A stretch of DNA of 62,317 nt, counting the filler, from a bacterium (lineage in GTDB: Bacteria; UBP15; UBA6099; JAJRTR01), in assembly GCA_024278215.1 (NCBI GenBank). It is 3 parts of 3 records of this genome, joined end to end, with 100 filler letters (N's around TTAATTAATTAA, not from the genome) between each part and the next. Parts side by side here need not be neighbours in the genome. Positions count along the whole stretch, not along the records: positions 56,864 to 62,317 come from JAJRTR010000032.1; 2 more parts are not named here. One strand, given 5' to 3'. Below are positions 58,984 through 62,317 of the stretch, one piece after another. Below the pieces are notes generated by a model. The model saw only the letters and a program-made list of their open reading frames with translations. It searched no databases and was not told the DNA's origin. Position 1 is the first letter of the stretch, and the number at the start of each line of letters is the position of its first letter. Position numbers and translations under genes: made by a program.

Positions 58984-60196
58984 CACAAAAAAATCAACGT
59001 TGTTATTGACATTCCTGGTAATTATCGCAGTATTCGTTTTTTATTTTAAGGCGTATGCGGCGATAGCGAAAGTGTCGTCGATAGAGGGTATGGCAATATA
59101 TAAGGAAGGCGACGAGGGCTGGAAACCGCTCAAACCTGGCATGGAAATATCCGGCGGCATTTCCATAAGGGTACAGGAAAAATCAAGGATAGAAGCCGCG
59201 TTCGACGGGCGCGGCAGCTGGGCGGCGATGGGACCGGCACAGATAGAAACAGGGAAAGGCGAAAAACATAAACAGGGTTTTGACTTTAAACTCGAAAGAG
59301 GACACATAGCAGTACTATACCAGCCGGAAGACCCTGAAGAAAAACTTGTTATAGAAACGATACATGGAAAAATGACAGCCGGAGCCGGTGTGTTCAGCGT
59401 AATCAGCGACGGCGAGGGAAAGACGGAGGTCGCTTCGGGTAAAGGAACAATTTGCTTCCATCACGGAAAAACATTATGTGCCGACGAGGGTCAGATGTTG
59501 ATATTAAAAAAAACACCGGACGGCCCCGAGAGCGACTTGCGAAAAGTTCCACCCGACATAAACCGTTTATGGGTCAAACTGAAATGGCCGATCGCACCGA
59601 AAAAACCGGCGCTTACAATATTGCGCCCACAGGACGGCATGTTCTTCAGCGAACCTAATATTTATGTAACAGGCACCACTACACCGGGGGCTACAGTAAT
59701 GGTGAACAAAACGGAGGTGCCGGTTAACAGGAACGGTTCATTCTCCGGCACTGTATCTCTATATGAAGGTGAGAACACACTCGATATCCAGGCTATCAGC
59801 CCATCGGGAGGCACTGAAAATATTACGGTTACTGTCCATCTGGATAATACACCGCCGATGCTTACAATCAGCCAGCCTATCGACGGTTTCGATCCGACTA
59901 CAATCGGAACATGTGATCAGCGGATTTGTTACATTCAGGTTTTCGGACTCACCGAACCCGGTGTGTCTCTTCTTATAAACGGCGTTAACGCCAGCAGGTA
60001 TATAGAAGACGACGGGAGTTTCCTGATACAGGATTATCCAATAAGCCTCGATGAAAGAACACTCACCATAGAAGTCGAAGATATGCTGCGCCAGAGAACT
60101 ATCGAAATCCTCCACATGGTCCAGCCGATGGATACGGACGGCGACGGTCAGCCTGATGTTTCTGATGCCTGCCCCACGGACCCGACGTGCCAGTAG
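58973..60196 (+). CDS. FecR-like protein with two Ig-like domains and a C-terminal Asp-rich (thrombospondin type 3-like) motif
   Basis: N-terminal TM helix; FecR-like region; VTGTTTPGATVMVN...LYEGEN...DNTPP repeats; DTDGDGQPDVSDACP. Confidence 0.7.
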   Translation: MLFDTKKSTLLLTFLVIIAVFVFYFKAYAAIAKVSSIEGMAIYKEGDEGWKPLKPGMEISGGISIRVQEKSRIEAAFDGRGSWAAMGPAQIETGKGEKHKQGFDFKLERGHIAVLYQPEDPEEKLVIETIHGKMTAGAGVFSVISDGEGKTEVASGKGTICFHHGKTLCADEGQMLILKKTPDGPESDLRKVPPDINRLWVKLKWPIAPKKPALTILRPQDGMFFSEPNIYVTGTTTPGATVMVNKTEVPVNRNGSFSGTVSLYEGENTLDIQAISPSGGTENITVTVHLDNTPPMLTISQPIDGFDPTTIGTCDQRICYIQVFGLTEPGVSLLINGVNASRYIEDDGSFLIQDYPISLDERTLTIEVEDMLRQRTIEILHMVQPMDTDGDGQPDVSDACPTDPTCQ

Positions 60197-60240
60197 TCTA
60201 CTAATCCAATTGCAATAATACGAATCCCGATTACGATTTA

Positions 60241-61656
60241 CTATGCAGGTTTGTCGAACAGGGCGACACATTCAATGTGTGCCGTATGGGGGAACATGTC
60301 GACAGGCCGGACCCTGACGAGTTCGTATCCGGCGGCTATGAATTCCGCGGCATCGCGAGCCAGGGTCGACGGATTGCATGAGACATATACTATCCTGCGC
60401 GCAGACACTTCGATTATCGCTTTTACCGCTTTTTTGTGTATTCCGACACGTGGCGGATCGGCGATAATCAGGTCGGGTTTCGTCTTCTCGCACAGTCCCG
60501 GCATGACGTTCTCGACTTCGCCTGCGATGAGTTCCACATTGTCTATGCCGTTCGCGCGGAGATTATATTCCCCGTCTTCGACCGCTTCGGCAACACTCTC
60601 TATCCCGACGACTCTGCCTGCTCTGCCCGCCGCGAGCATCGCAATAGGCGCCATTCCCGTGTAGAGATCGAAGACCGTTTCGCCGCCTTCCAGCCCGGCG
60701 AACTCCAGCATTGTCTCATATAGTTTTTCCGCCTGCGCCGTGTTTGTCTGCATAAACGAAAGAGGCGAAACTTTTAATTCCAGTCCGAGTATATTTTCCT
60801 TTATGTGCGAGTCGCCGAAAAGCAGTCTCGCTTCACCCGCAAGCGCGACACCGCTCAGTAGAGGGTTGACATACCACATCAGGCTTTTGATGTCCGGTAT
60901 TTCGCATGTGATGAAGTCGGCGTAAGCTTCGGCGTATTCGGCGAACTCTTCCGTGTGCGTCGATATGCACACCATTACACCCGAATCCGCTGTTCTGACG
61001 ACAAGGTTGCGCAACAGCCCTTCATGTTTTCGTACATTATGCGTTGTAAGATTATGATCATAACAGAAACTGCGGGTTGCGTTTCTTATCCTGTCGCAGG
61101 TTTCAGTCTGGAGCAGGCATTTTTCAATATTTATTATCCAATCGAAAAAACCGGGCCGGTGCAGACCGAGTTTCATGTCGCCGTCTTTGAAAACTGAAAA
61201 AGTGTATTCCATTTTATTGCGGTATCCCCACGGTGTGTCCATACCGGCAACAGGCTCGACCGGTGGGGCCGGGACGTTTGCGATCCGCTGGAAGTGGTCG
61301 AGCACCTGCTGCTCTTTCGCTTTAAGTTGCAGAGCGTAAGGATAATGTTGCCACTTGCAGCCGCCGCACAGTCCGAAGTGTTCGCACCGCGGCTCGATCC
61401 TGTCGGGCGAAGGAGCGATGACTTCAATTATTCGCGCTTCGAGAAACCCTTTTTTCTTTTTAGTTATTTTTACGCGGAGCTCATCGCCGGGCAGGCCGCC
61501 GGGCACAAAAATCACGAGTCCCGTTTCTGTGCGGCCCACGCCCGCGCCGCCGAACGCGAGGCTCTCGACATGAACATCCAGCACCTCGCCGCGTTTGGGT
61601 TTCAGGCGCTTCGGGACATTCACACAATTATTTTCCCTGTTTGTTTTATCGGGCAT
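60241..61656 (-). CDS. rlmD: 23S rRNA (uracil-5)-methyltransferase, RlmD/TrmA family
   Basis: TRAM domain; CEHFGLCGGCKWQ Fe-S motif; YRNK; SFMQTN; DPPR; YVSCNPSTLARD; DMFPHTAHIE; ATG 61656 has a GGAGGT RBS. Confidence 0.93.
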   Translation of the reverse strand: MPDKTNRENNCVNVPKRLKPKRGEVLDVHVESLAFGGAGVGRTETGLVIFVPGGLPGDELRVKITKKKKGFLEARIIEVIAPSPDRIEPRCEHFGLCGGCKWQHYPYALQLKAKEQQVLDHFQRIANVPAPPVEPVAGMDTPWGYRNKMEYTFSVFKDGDMKLGLHRPGFFDWIINIEKCLLQTETCDRIRNATRSFCYDHNLTTHNVRKHEGLLRNLVVRTADSGVMVCISTHTEEFAEYAEAYADFITCEIPDIKSLMWYVNPLLSGVALAGEARLLFGDSHIKENILGLELKVSPLSFMQTNTAQAEKLYETMLEFAGLEGGETVFDLYTGMAPIAMLAAGRAGRVVGIESVAEAVEDGEYNLRANGIDNVELIAGEVENVMPGLCEKTKPDLIIADPPRVGIHKKAVKAIIEVSARRIVYVSCNPSTLARDAAEFIAAGYELVRVRPVDMFPHTAHIECVALFDKPA

Positions 61657-61754
61657 TTGTCCTGTATACCTCCAACTCCAGTAACGGACCACTCCGCATG
61701 AAGTCCATAGTGTATTTCACCCGCATTTGTGAAATATGCGGGTGAAAATAAAAA

Positions 61755-61845
61755 TGGGTCCCGCTCCCTGTCCGGGATGACAACAACGGTACAATATAAA
61801 CTATTAAAACGCAAATCAGACATACCTGCAAAATCTGGAATCCAT
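61755..61845. repeat. Degenerate REP-like palindromic pair
   Basis: Minus strand has tggattccagattttgcaggtatgtc and gtcatcccggacagggagcgggaccca. Confidence 0.4.
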
Positions 61846-61951
61846 TCAACCACATATTTCACCAATGGGGGATAAAACAGCTAACTTTGAGGGGCTGGAA
61901 AGCAACAATCGGGGATATGCGCATTACTCGACATGCCGATGGCCTGCGCGT

Positions 61952-62245
61952 CTATTCGACAGTAAATTCGAGAGTCTTGCCCGCAAGCGCTTCGAGCTCG
62001 TTCTGGTACACATAATCAGAGTTGCCGGCGAAATCTGTTACAGTCATGGAATTAAGATACCAGGTGCCTGCCGCTGTTTTCGTACCGAAGGGAATAGAGA
62101 AAGTCGCATTCCACACGCCGTCGCCGAAATAATCGAAGTTGGTTATGTATGCTGAAATGCTGCTGACAAGATCCGAACTGCAATTTGAACAGTTGATAAA
62201 GAAATATAAATTTTTCGCGCTTCCGGGTTTTGAGTGGGTAGCCAC
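61952..62245 (-). CDS. Possible fragment of an Ig-like repeat protein
   Basis: GVWNATFSIP...GTWYLNSMTVTDFAGN looks like a real beta-sandwich module, but there is no convincing start and an in-frame stop lies shortly upstream. Confidence 0.4.
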   Translation of the reverse strand: MATHSKPGSAKNLYFFINCSNCSSDLVSSISAYITNFDYFGDGVWNATFSIPFGTKTAAGTWYLNSMTVTDFAGNSDYVYQNELEALAGKTLEFTVE

Positions 62246-62317
62246 AAGATGTTGTGGTGCAAGTCCGAGCGCATGATAATTCCTTTCATTGAGCTATTTC
62301 CGGATAAAGATTGAGAC

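Overview
This is bacterial DNA made of three contigs joined by N-padded TTAATTAATTAA linkers (gaps at 25583-25682 and 56764-56863), so gene order across those joins means nothing. The organism looks like a diderm, probably anaerobic, bacterium: it has an SLH plus beta-barrel protein, several other predicted outer-membrane proteins, and FmdE- and AcsE-like genes. Housekeeping content includes uvrA, metK, comEA, tatC, rpsU inside a five-tRNA operon, RNase P RNA, rlmD, a TrmJ-type methyltransferase, a Ppx/GppA phosphatase and a GldAFG-like ABC system. I saw no CRISPR array, prophage, transposase or integrase. The most unusual items are: (1) an SbcCD/Mre11-Rad50-like pair whose nuclease has lost several metal ligands and carries an in-frame TAA, and whose ATPase has a two-helix hydrophobic hairpin where the zinc hook should be; (2) a flagellin-like C-terminus fused to TolB/PD40 beta-propeller repeats; (3) an operon of an acyl-CoA-ligase-like protein and an M28-peptidase-like protein, both missing canonical catalytic motifs, followed by a 1239-aa repeat-containing outer-membrane protein; (4) several families of palindromic MITE/REP-like intergenic elements, some nested or stacked. 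All assignments come from reading motifs by eye; no database search was run.
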